A program made the translations under genes and the position numbers. A stretch of DNA of 64,000 nucleotides, from contig DAOUHT010000144.1 in assembly GCA_034428375.1 (NCBI GenBank), positions 1,742 through 65,741 on the forward strand. The letters run 5' to 3'. The DNA comes from Dehalococcoidia bacterium (lineage in GTDB: Bacteria > Chloroflexota > Dehalococcoidia > Lucifugimonadales > Australimonadaceae). Shown piece after piece: positions 54,831 to 62,353 of the stretch (positions are counted from its first letter, which is position 1; each line of letters opens with the position of its first letter). The notes beneath the pieces are model-generated. The model saw only the letters and a list, made by a program, of their open reading frames with translations. It had not been told where the DNA came from and ran no database searches.

Positions 54831-54954
54831 GTCATGCCGAGCGAAGCCCTTGCTGTGATGAGCGGGTCCCTTGTTCCTCATGCTGAGCGGAGTTCTTGTT
54901 GTCATGAGCAGGTCTCTTGTTTGTCATGCTGAGCGGAGCCGAAGCATCTCTCGG
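54831..54954. repeat. tandem array of five degenerate family B units (22-32 bp)
   Basis: GTCATGCCGAGCGAAGCCCTTGCT / GTGATGAGCGGGTCCCTTGTTCC / TCATGCTGAGCGGAGTTCTTGTT / GTCATGAGCAGGTCTCTTGTTT / GTCATGCTGAGCGGAGCCGAAGCATCTCTCGG. Confidence 0.75.
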
Positions 54955-55017
54955 GGAACGTCCGCTTACGGCAGCTCTCCTCCCCGGGAGACAGCAATCC
55001 AGGCGCGTACCCCGTAG

Positions 55018-55833
55018 ATGATGAGCCCACCCGAAGCCTCGGCTGTTCCTGCGCGCCCCAGGCGCGCGTCCGTAGTCGGCGTCGCGCTGCTGGCCGCCGG
55101 TGCGCTCCTGCTCGCCGCCGCCGCCGCCTACTACGCCTACGGCTACTTCGCCGGGCGCGACCTGGACCGCCTCACGGTCGTCGTCCCCGACCCCGTCGCC
55201 GAAACGCTGGGGGCTGCGCCTGCCTCACAGGAACTCTATCCGGGCTCGCGCGTGCCAGCCCGGCAGTGGGCCGACCCGCGCGGCGCCATCACGCTCGGTG
55301 TTCCTGATCTGGAAGGCTTTATCCCCCTCGGCAACGAGGGGCGACCGCACATCGCGGGCGTCGTTGGCAGGGCGAAACGCATCGCCATCCCGCAGCTCAA
55401 CGTCAGTGCCGAGGTCGAGGAGCTCAGCATCATCAACCTCGCATCGAGCGCCGCCTACGAGACACCCGCATTCACCGTGGGCCACATCCCCACGACGCCG
55501 AACCCCGGTTCGGCGGGGAACGGCTGGTACTTCGGCCACCTGGAGAACCCGCTCCAGGGCGAGGGGAACGTCTTCCTCCGGCTCCCTGAGATCGCAGACC
55601 TGCTGCGCGACGGCGAAGACGTTCACGTCATCCTTACCGCAGACGGACGCGATTACCTCTATCTCGTGAACGGCACGAGCACCGTGCACGCGGACGACCT
55701 CACCCTTTACCTGTCGGAAGACGCGCGCATCTCGCTCGTCACCTGCTTCCCGCGCCTCAAGTACGACCATCGGCTCATCGTCACCGCGCAGCTCATCGCC
55801 TTCAGGGATGCCCCCGCGCCGGAAAGCGCCTGA
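55018..55833 (+). CDS. sortase family transpeptidase (class E/D-like)
   Basis: N-terminal TM anchor, FGHL His motif, ISLVTC catalytic Cys motif and the downstream RLIV Arg. Confidence 0.8.
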   Translation: MMSPPEASAVPARPRRASVVGVALLAAGALLLAAAAAYYAYGYFAGRDLDRLTVVVPDPVAETLGAAPASQELYPGSRVPARQWADPRGAITLGVPDLEGFIPLGNEGRPHIAGVVGRAKRIAIPQLNVSAEVEELSIINLASSAAYETPAFTVGHIPTTPNPGSAGNGWYFGHLENPLQGEGNVFLRLPEIADLLRDGEDVHVILTADGRDYLYLVNGTSTVHADDLTLYLSEDARISLVTCFPRLKYDHRLIVTAQLIAFRDAPAPESA

Positions 55834-55868
55834 AACCGCCTCATCTGAAAGCGCGTAAAATAGAAACG

Positions 55869-56753
55869 ATGGCTACAGCACAGGGATCCGGCCTCCTCGT
55901 GCGAACAGCAGCTGCCGGGCTGCTCCTGCTCGCGGTCGCCGCTTGCGCCAGCAACGAGGTACCCGTCGTAACCGAGCCGCTGGCCAACACCCCAACCCCT
56001 GTCCCGACGAGCACCCCCCCGCCGGTCCCCACCGACACTCCCGTTCCGGCCCCTACGAACACGCCGACTCCGGAGCCCCAGCCTACGGATACGCCGGTCC
56101 CTGACCCCTTGGGGAGCGAGGGGACCGTCGAGGGTGTGCTCGCCCAGCCGACCCCCACGCCGGAGCCGCCGCCCACTGCTACACCGACGACCAGGATGCT
56201 GCCAGAAAACACCCCAACCCCGACTCTCCCGCCTCCCCCCACCAACACGCCGGTCCCGGCGCCCACCGACACTCCGACGCCCGAACCGGCGCCAGCAAAC
56301 GGCTGGCGTACCGACATCGCCACCGGCTCCGGCATCGGCGACCGTGCAGTCGACGCCTCGCTGACCCTCGCCGACGGCTCCACCGGCACCATCGAGTCCA
56401 CAGCCGGAGGACGCGCCGTCCTGCTCTACTTCTTCGCCACGTGGTGACCGTCCTGTAACGCCGAGTTACGGACGTTAACCAGCCTCTACAACGACTACAG
56501 CAGCGATGTCGAAGTCGTATCTGTCGCCTTCAGCCAGAACGCCGACCAGCTCGGCGCGCACGCCGCGCAACGGGGCTACGCGGGAGTGTTTGCGGAGGGC
56601 CCTGCATCCCTCGTCCGCGACTACAACGTCCGCCAGCAATCGTCGTGGGTCGGCATCGGACGCGACGGCGCCATCCTCAACAGGCGCGGCTACGGCGCGG
56701 ATGGCGCGTCCTTCTGGCGCGGCGTCCTGGACACGCTGCAGTCCTCGTCCTAG
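55869..56753 (+). CDS. thioredoxin-fold (TlpA/ResA-like) lipoprotein with in-frame TGA at the first redox Cys: candidate UxxC selenoprotein
   Basis: Lipobox LAVAAC and a PT-rich linker, then AVLLYFFATW-TGA(56445-56447)-PSCNAELRTLTSLYNDYSSDVEVVSVAF ... continuing in the same frame to TAG 56751-56753. Confidence 0.75.
56449..56474 (+). promoter_or_regulatory. candidate bacterial SECIS hairpin, paralogue 1
   Basis: CGTCC-U-GTAAC / GCCGA loop / GTTAC-GGACG: 10 bp with one bulged U. Starts 4 nt and ends 29 nt after the U of UGA 56445. Confidence 0.5.
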
Positions 56754-56762
56754 CACTTCCGC

Positions 56763-56800
56763 CATTCCCAAGGAGAGGGTTAGGGTGAGGGTACTGAGGG
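56763..56800. repeat. REP family C element
   Basis: CATTCCCAAGGAGAGGGTTAGGGTGAGGGTACTGAGGG, between the two thioredoxin-fold genes. Confidence 0.65.
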
Positions 56801-56897
56801 CGCTGGTAGGGGTCGACATACGATTCGTGGTGAACCCGTCGGACCACAAGCCTCGCCACCCCTCCCTGTCAATCCCTGTGAATGCGCTCCGCCCGCA

Positions 56898-56927
56898 TTG
56901 ACACCCCCTCCGCACACCGCCTAGCCT
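56898..56927 (+). promoter_or_regulatory. candidate promoter of the second thioredoxin-fold gene
   Basis: Consensus TTGACA (56898-56903), 18 nt, TAGCCT (56922-56927). ATG at 56945. Confidence 0.45.
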
Positions 56928-56944
56928 TAACGAGAGTGAGCGGC

Positions 56945-57577
56945 ATGACCATGCGCAGCGCATCCATATCACGCCTCGCAAAGGCGGGGGCAGCCCTGCT
57001 CCTGCTGCTGGCGACGCTCGCCGCCTGCGGCTCCGACCCCACCGCAACGCCGGTGCCGCAGCCAACCCCGACCCCTGAACCGGGACCGACCGCCACCCCG
57101 GTGCCCGCCGGTTCGGACGGCATGGCAGCCGGGACATGGCGCACCGACGTCGCCGTTGGCTCCGACCACGGCGACCGCGCAGCCAACGCATCGATAACCC
57201 TCCCGGACGGCTCCACCGGCACCCTCGAATCGGCCGCCGGAGGGCGGGCCGTCCTCCTCTACTTCTTCGCCACGTGGTGACCGACGTGCCGCGGCGAGTC
57301 TCGCACGCTGGACACCCTCTACGACGGCTACAAGGACGATGTCGAAATCATTCACGTCGCCTTCAACGAGGACGCTGCGAAACTGGACTCGTACGCCAGA
57401 GACCAGGGCTACGACTGGATCTTCGCCGAGGCCGAGCAGGGCACGCAGCAGGCCTTCAACATCCGCTCGCAGGCGACGTACGTCGGCATCGGGCGCGACG
57501 GCACCATCGTCGCCAGCAGCGCCGGCGGCTCCGGAAAGGACTGGCCCAGCATCCTGGACCAGTTGACCTCTTCGTAG
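56945..57577 (+). CDS. paralogous thioredoxin-fold lipoprotein with in-frame TGA at the first redox Cys: candidate UxxC selenoprotein
   Basis: Lipobox TLAAC and a PT-rich linker, then AVLLYFFATW-TGA(57278-57280)-PTCRGESRTLDTLYDGYKDDVEIIHVAF ... continuing in frame to TAG 57575-57577. Confidence 0.75.
57285..57307 (+). promoter_or_regulatory. candidate bacterial SECIS hairpin, paralogue 2
   Basis: CGTGC (57285-57289) pairs with GCACG (57303-57307). Inner G91-C02, G93-C00 and G94-U99 pairs around a CGAG loop. Its 3-prime end is again 29 nt after the U of UGA 57278. Confidence 0.4.
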
Positions 57578-57588
57578 CCGATCCTGTC

Positions 57589-57650
57589 GTTCCTGCGCAG
57601 GCAGGAACCTCGCCCCTCAAGGCCCTGCGTCGTTCCTGCGTAGGCAGGAC
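57589..57650. repeat. two copies of a REP family A variant (GTTCCTGC n4 GCAGGAAC)
   Basis: GTTCCTGC GCAG GCAGGAAC at 57589-57608 and GTTCCTGC GTAG GCAGGAC at 57632-57650. Confidence 0.75.
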
Positions 57651-57771
57651 GCGCTTTAGCGCGCCCTCCCCCCCGGTTGTCATATTAAGCGGAGCCCGCG
57701 CTTCAGCGCGCAACGCTGGACCCAGTCGTGCCCACCAGGGCACACGGCAGAGTGATGTGGGGGTTGCATGA

Positions 57772-57811
57772 CTCCCCTCTCCCAGAGGGAGAGGGGCCGG
57801 GGGTGAGGGCC
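57772..57811. repeat. REP family C element
   Basis: CTCCCCTCTCCCAGAGGGAGAGGGGCCGGGGGTGAGGGCC. Confidence 0.7.
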
Positions 57812-57837
57812 ACCGTGATGGGGTCGCTGCAAGGGCG

Positions 57838-57862
57838 ACACGCGCCCCTTTCGCAGTCGCCC
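57838..57862. repeat. REP family D element
   Basis: ACACGCGCCCCTTTCGCAGTCGCCC. Confidence 0.65.
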
Positions 57863-57993
57863 TGCCGTTCGCTACGCTGGATGCATGACTAAGCAACCCC
57901 ACCCCACCCATAAACAACATCTATGGCTCGCCGGTCCAGCCATCAACGAGGCCTATGGCTCCGGCCTTAACTATTGAAATCGTTGGCATCCTT

Positions 57994-58051
57994 GCATCCT
58001 TGGTCGGCGGAAGCAGGCCACGGCCTTGGAAACACCCCCGACCAAGGATGC
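57994..58051. repeat. long hairpin element with 14-bp perfect arms
   Basis: GCATCCTTGGTCGG ... CCGACCAAGGATGC. The loop contains GCAGGCCACGGCCT, also present at 25747-25760. Confidence 0.7.
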
Positions 58052-58283
58052 CAAGAGTGCCAAACGCGGTCCCCGTTGCACTCGTAAGACGCGCACCAAG
58101 AGTGCCTGAATTCTTCAGGGTTGGCGCCCTTGGTGCGCCCTTCTCCTATCCAGCGACAGCCGGTCTGCCCCCTCTCTTCTCGGGTAAGGGCTGGGGGCAC
58201 GGCGAAAGGTTGGCGAGCGCAGCGCATCTGCGATAGCATCCGCTGCAGCAGGACGCGGCCGGCGCGGGCCGCGGGGAGGCTCT

Positions 58284-58763
58284 ATGACCACAACTCCAGT
58301 CAGGCAGACGGTCACGGTTACCGTCAATGGCCAGGAATACACCCGCGAGGTGCCTACCTACCGCACCCTCGTCGACTTCATCCGCTACGACCTCGGTCTC
58401 ACCGGCACGAAGGAAGCGTGCAGCGTCGGCGTTTGCGGCGCGTGCACCATCGAACTGAACGGCAGGATCGCCGCATCGTGCATCACGCTCGCCGTGCGGG
58501 CCGACGGCGCGGAGATCACGACCATTGAGGGCGTCGCCGACGGCGACACGCTCCATCCCGTGCAGGAGGCATTCATCAACCACGGCGGCTTCCAGTGCGG
58601 CGCGTGCACCCCCGGACAGATCATGGCCGCCAAAGCGCTCCTGGAGCACAACCCCAGCCCCTCCGAGGCAGAGATCAAGGAGTGGATGATGGGCAACCTC
58701 TGCCGCTGCACCGGCTATTACCAGATCATCGAGTCCATCCAGGCCGCTGCGGAGGCGAAGTAG
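58284..58763 (+). CDS. [2Fe-2S] small subunit of a molybdenum hydroxylase (second copy)
   Basis: ACSVGVCGACT and QCGACTPGQIM ... CRCTGYYQI motifs. Confidence 0.9.
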   Translation: MTTTPVRQTVTVTVNGQEYTREVPTYRTLVDFIRYDLGLTGTKEACSVGVCGACTIELNGRIAASCITLAVRADGAEITTIEGVADGDTLHPVQEAFINHGGFQCGACTPGQIMAAKALLEHNPSPSEAEIKEWMMGNLCRCTGYYQIIESIQAAAEAK

Positions 58764-58765
58764 CC

Positions 58766-59623
58766 ATGCACGACTTCACCTTCCACGCACCCGATTCCCT
58801 CTCCGGCGCACTCGACCTGCTCGCCGAGCACAACGGCGACGCCAAGCTGCTGGCCGGGGGCACCTCGCTCACGACACTCCTGAAGCAGTCCCTCATCGCA
58901 CCTGACCACATCGTCAGCCTGCACCGCGTGCCCGGCCTCGACTCCATCGAGGCGTCGGACGGCGTGCTCCGCATCGGCGGGCTCGTCACCCAACGAGACG
59001 CCGAGACGTCTCCTGTCGTGAAGGAGCACGCCCCGCTGCTCGCGGAAGCGTACCGACGAGTCGCCACCGTCCGCATCCGGAACGTCGCCACGGTCGGCGG
59101 CGGGATCGCCCAGGCCGACCCCGCGATGGACCCCCCGCCGTCGCTGCTTATCCTCGGCGCGAGTGTCGTTGCCACGTCGACGCGCGGCGAGCGCGTCATC
59201 CCCATCGACGACGTCTACACGGACTACTACGAGACGACGCTGGAGCCCGACGAGATCGTCACGGAGGTACGCGTCCCCACGCAGCCTTCCGGAGCGGCGT
59301 GGACGTACATCAAGTACCTTCCTCGCACCGAGGACGACTACGCCACCGTCTCCGTCGCCGCGCTCGGCAGCGTCGAGGGCGGCAGCATCGCCGACGTGCG
59401 CGTCGCGCTGGGGGCCGTGGCGCCCACAGCGGTGCGCGCCTCCGTCGTCGAGGAGGCGCTGACCGGCCAGGCCCCGACGCTCGACGCGCTGCGCGACGCG
59501 TCGCAGGCGGTCGCCGACATCGTCGACCCCACCGACGACCCCCGAGGCTCGGCCTGGTACAAACGGGACATGTCCGTGGTCTTCACCCGCCGCGCTCTGG
59601 AGCAGGTCCTCGGCGTCTCCTGA
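58766..59623 (+). CDS. FAD-binding medium subunit of a molybdenum hydroxylase (second copy)
   Basis: KLLAGGTSLTTLLKQ and ATVGGG motifs. ATG 58766 is 3 nt after the small-subunit stop. No large subunit is adjacent. Confidence 0.88.
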   Translation: MHDFTFHAPDSLSGALDLLAEHNGDAKLLAGGTSLTTLLKQSLIAPDHIVSLHRVPGLDSIEASDGVLRIGGLVTQRDAETSPVVKEHAPLLAEAYRRVATVRIRNVATVGGGIAQADPAMDPPPSLLILGASVVATSTRGERVIPIDDVYTDYYETTLEPDEIVTEVRVPTQPSGAAWTYIKYLPRTEDDYATVSVAALGSVEGGSIADVRVALGAVAPTAVRASVVEEALTGQAPTLDALRDASQAVADIVDPTDDPRGSAWYKRDMSVVFTRRALEQVLGVS

Positions 59624-59688
59624 TTCTCCCTCCCCACGAGGAGGCCCTCGCCAGGAGCGCGGAGAGGCTACTTGGGGGTGGGGGTCTT

Positions 59689-59726
59689 CATTCCCTCTCC
59701 TGGGGGAGTGGGCCAGGGTGAGGGCC
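59689..59726. repeat. REP family C element
   Basis: CATTCCCTCTCCTGGGGGAGTGGGCCAGGGTGAGGGCC. Confidence 0.65.
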
Positions 59727-59765
59727 CTGCGTGCGTGGAGCGGGGTAGTGGTACGCCGCCCCTGT

Positions 59766-60710
59766 CTACCACCAGTGCACCTCGTCGAGCGCCTCCGCGT
59801 CAGCGCCGGCAGCATCCCATGGACGTGAGGGCAGGTACTTCCACGCGCCGTCCGAGAACATCATGACGATGTTCCCGCGCTCCATGCCCTCGGCAACGCG
59901 CAAGGCCGTGTGCAGCGCTGCGCCGGAGGACACACCCGCGAAGACGCCCTCCGCCCGCATGACGTCCCGCGCCGCCGCTATCGCGCTCGCGCTGTCGACG
60001 AGGAAGCGCCGGTCCAGCATCCCCAGGTCGAGCAGCGGCGGGATGTAGCCCTCCGACAGGCTGCGCAGCCCCTGCAACCGCTCCCCGAGCCTCGGCTCGA
60101 CGCCAACCACCTGCACGTCCGGCCAGCGCTCCCGCAAGCGCCGCCCGACGCCGGTGATCGTGCCTCCCGTGCCGATGCCGGCGACGAACACGTCCACGTC
60201 GGTCTCTCCCATCGCCTGAACGATCTCCTCACCCGTCGTGGCGTAGTGGCACTGGACGTTGGCCGGGTCGCTGAACTGGCCGACCGCATAGTAGCCGGGC
60301 TGCTCCGCCATCTCCTGCACGCGCCGGATCGCTCCGCGCATCCCTGCCTCCGGCTCGCACCACTCGATCTCAGCCCCGTAGAGGTCCAGGATGTCCGCGA
60401 TGCTGGGCACGATGCCCTTCGGCAGGACGACGCGCACGCGGTAGCCCCTGCGGGGCGCCAGCGCCGCCAGCGCGATGGCCGTGTTCCCGGTGCTCGCCTC
60501 CACGAGCGTTGCGCCGGGGCGGAGCGCTCCGCTCTCCTCCGCCGCATCCAGCATCGCCACCGCTATGCGGTCCTTCACGCTGCCGCTCGGGTTCTGCCCC
60601 TCGAGCTTGGCGAACAGCCGCAGGCCGGAGCGCGGGCTGAGGTCCCGCAGCTCGATGAGCGGAGTTCTCCCCACGAGTGCGGCCAGCGTTCCCTGCCTGT
60701 CATGCGTCAT
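59766..60710 (-). CDS. cysK: PLP-dependent cysteine synthase family protein
   Basis: NPSGSVKDRIA lysine motif and STGNTAIALA and GTGGTITG loops. Confidence 0.88.
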   Translation of the reverse strand: MTHDRQGTLAALVGRTPLIELRDLSPRSGLRLFAKLEGQNPSGSVKDRIAVAMLDAAEESGALRPGATLVEASTGNTAIALAALAPRRGYRVRVVLPKGIVPSIADILDLYGAEIEWCEPEAGMRGAIRRVQEMAEQPGYYAVGQFSDPANVQCHYATTGEEIVQAMGETDVDVFVAGIGTGGTITGVGRRLRERWPDVQVVGVEPRLGERLQGLRSLSEGYIPPLLDLGMLDRRFLVDSASAIAAARDVMRAEGVFAGVSSGAALHTALRVAEGMERGNIVMMFSDGAWKYLPSRPWDAAGADAEALDEVHWW

Positions 60711-60772
60711 GCGGCGATTCTATCGCGGTGCGCCCGCAGGAACGATGCGCGCTATCCCGCAGCCCCGGTTCG

Positions 60773-60800
60773 TTGACTCGCCTCCTGTGCCTGCTAGAAT
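60773..60800 (+). promoter_or_regulatory. candidate promoter of the trkH operon
   Basis: TTGACT (60773-60778), 16 nt, extended -10 TGC-TAGAAT (60792-60800). About 75-nt leader to ATG 60883. Confidence 0.5.
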
Positions 60801-60882
60801 TTCACAAGCCGTTCCTCCATCGGCTGGAGTTCGCTACGATCACCCTCAGCCCAGTCCCCCGGGAACTCATCGAGGCTCTGCG

Positions 60883-62343
60883 ATGAGACGCAACAACTGG
60901 CGTCTCCGTCCGGGTGACCGTGTCGTCAGGCGCCCCCGCCAGAGCGAGACTGCGCCTGTGCGCATCCGTACGCACGACAGGCGGCGGCGCTTCGCCCTGC
61001 CTTCATCGTCCTCTGCTCTGCTCACCCTCGCGGGAGGGTTCGCAACGCTGATCTCCGCGGGTACTGCCGTGCTCATGCTGCCGTTCGCGGCCGCCGGGCC
61101 GGAGAGCGCCGGCTTTGTCACCGCGCTCTTCACTGCAACCTCCGCCGTCTGCGTCACCGGCCTGGTTGTCGTCTCGAGCGGGGCGTACTGGAGCGTGCTC
61201 GGGCAGGGCGTCATCGCTGCACTCATGCTCATGGGTGGTCTGGGCATCATGAGCGCAGGCATCGTGGTGCTGGCGCTGCTGGGTCGACGCGTCACGCTCA
61301 ACCAGCGGCTCCTCGTGCGAGAGACGCTGGGCGGCGAGGCGCTGGGCAGCGCGGTCCGCATCGTGCGTTACATCATCTACTTCGCGCTCGGGGCGCAGGC
61401 CGTGACGTTCCTGCTCCTCTTCGTGCGTCTCGTCTTCAAGTATCCCGCCGCTGAGGCGTTCTGGCAGAGCCTCTTCCACAGCGTCTCCGCTTTCAACAAC
61501 GCGGGGTTCACCATCTTCCCCGACTCGAACAGCCTCTCTGCATTCCAGTCCGACCCTGCCGTGCTCTGGACCATCGGTCTGAGCATCCTGCTCGGTGCGA
61601 TGAGCTACCCCGTCATGAACGAGTTGGCGCGGCGCAAGGGTTTCAAACGCTGGACGCTGGACACTCGGCTGGTTGTGCTCGGAACGCTGGGGCTCTGGGC
61701 CACCGGCGCGGTAACGATGCTGCTCTTCGAGGTCGTGAATCCTGCGACGCTCGGCGGGATGAGCCTGCCAGACAGGGTCAGCAACGGCGCGTTTCAGGCG
61801 CTGACGTCGCGCACGTCGGGGTTCAGTTCCATGGACTTCAGCCAGGCGGAGGCCGGTACGAGCTTCCTGTTCATGATCATGATGTTCGTGGGCGGAGCGT
61901 CCGGCTCCGTGGCGGGTGGCATCAAGGTGAACACCGCGATGGTGATTATCGTGGCGACCATCGCCGCCGTTCGCGGACGTACTCACGTGGAGTTCGAACG
62001 GCGCGAGATCGCGTACACCCAGGTAGGCCGTGCGCTTTCCGTGCTGGTGCTGGCGGTCATCGGCGTCTCGCTGTTCATCATCGCGCTCATGGTCTCCGAA
62101 CGCTCGAACCTCGAGGCGGGCGCCTTCGCCTTCGGCGACGTCATGTTCGAGGCGATGTCCGCCTTCGGCACCGTCGGTCTGTCCCACGGGATAACGCCTG
62201 ACCTCTCCGCTCCCGGGAAGCTCATCGTCACCCTGGGGATGTATGTTGGGCGGCTCGGTCCGCTCACGATCGCGCTCGGGTTGGCGCTCCGCGAACGCCG
62301 AGCCCTGTACCGGTACGCCGAGGAACGCGTTAGAATCGGTTGA
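60883..62343 (+). CDS. trkH: TrkH/KtrB family potassium transporter
   Basis: Repeated M-P-M pore motifs (TATSAVCVTGL, FNNAGF, TSRTSGFS, SAFGTVGLS). The internal ATG 60883 avoids overlap with cysK and lies downstream of a good promoter. Confidence 0.88.
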   Translation: MRRNNWRLRPGDRVVRRPRQSETAPVRIRTHDRRRRFALPSSSSALLTLAGGFATLISAGTAVLMLPFAAAGPESAGFVTALFTATSAVCVTGLVVVSSGAYWSVLGQGVIAALMLMGGLGIMSAGIVVLALLGRRVTLNQRLLVRETLGGEALGSAVRIVRYIIYFALGAQAVTFLLLFVRLVFKYPAAEAFWQSLFHSVSAFNNAGFTIFPDSNSLSAFQSDPAVLWTIGLSILLGAMSYPVMNELARRKGFKRWTLDTRLVVLGTLGLWATGAVTMLLFEVVNPATLGGMSLPDRVSNGAFQALTSRTSGFSSMDFSQAEAGTSFLFMIMMFVGGASGSVAGGIKVNTAMVIIVATIAAVRGRTHVEFERREIAYTQVGRALSVLVLAVIGVSLFIIALMVSERSNLEAGAFAFGDVMFEAMSAFGTVGLSHGITPDLSAPGKLIVTLGMYVGRLGPLTIALGLALRERRALYRYAEERVRIG

Positions 62344-62353
62344 GGGAACCGCA

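Noticed and set aside
54831-54954. Possible CRISPR array
   Set aside because: The repeats are directly adjacent and degenerate, with no unique spacers. They belong to a dispersed REP family seen elsewhere in the window, and there are no cas genes nearby.
55869-56447. Treating the PT-rich 192-aa ORF (and 56882-57280) as complete genes, with the downstream ORFs 56506-56901 and 57339-57566 as separate genes
   Set aside because: The truncated ORFs end in the middle of a thioredoxin fold, right before the redox motif. The listed downstream ORFs are in a different frame and are low-complexity. The same-frame continuation past the TGA gives the rest of the fold.
60801-60882. c-di-AMP (ydaO/kimA-type) riboswitch in the trkH leader
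   Set aside because: The leader is only ~75 nt. Although it has two simple hairpins (AGCCG/CGGCT, GAGTTC/GAACTC), it is too short for the pseudo-symmetric ydaO architecture, and I could not see its conserved motifs.
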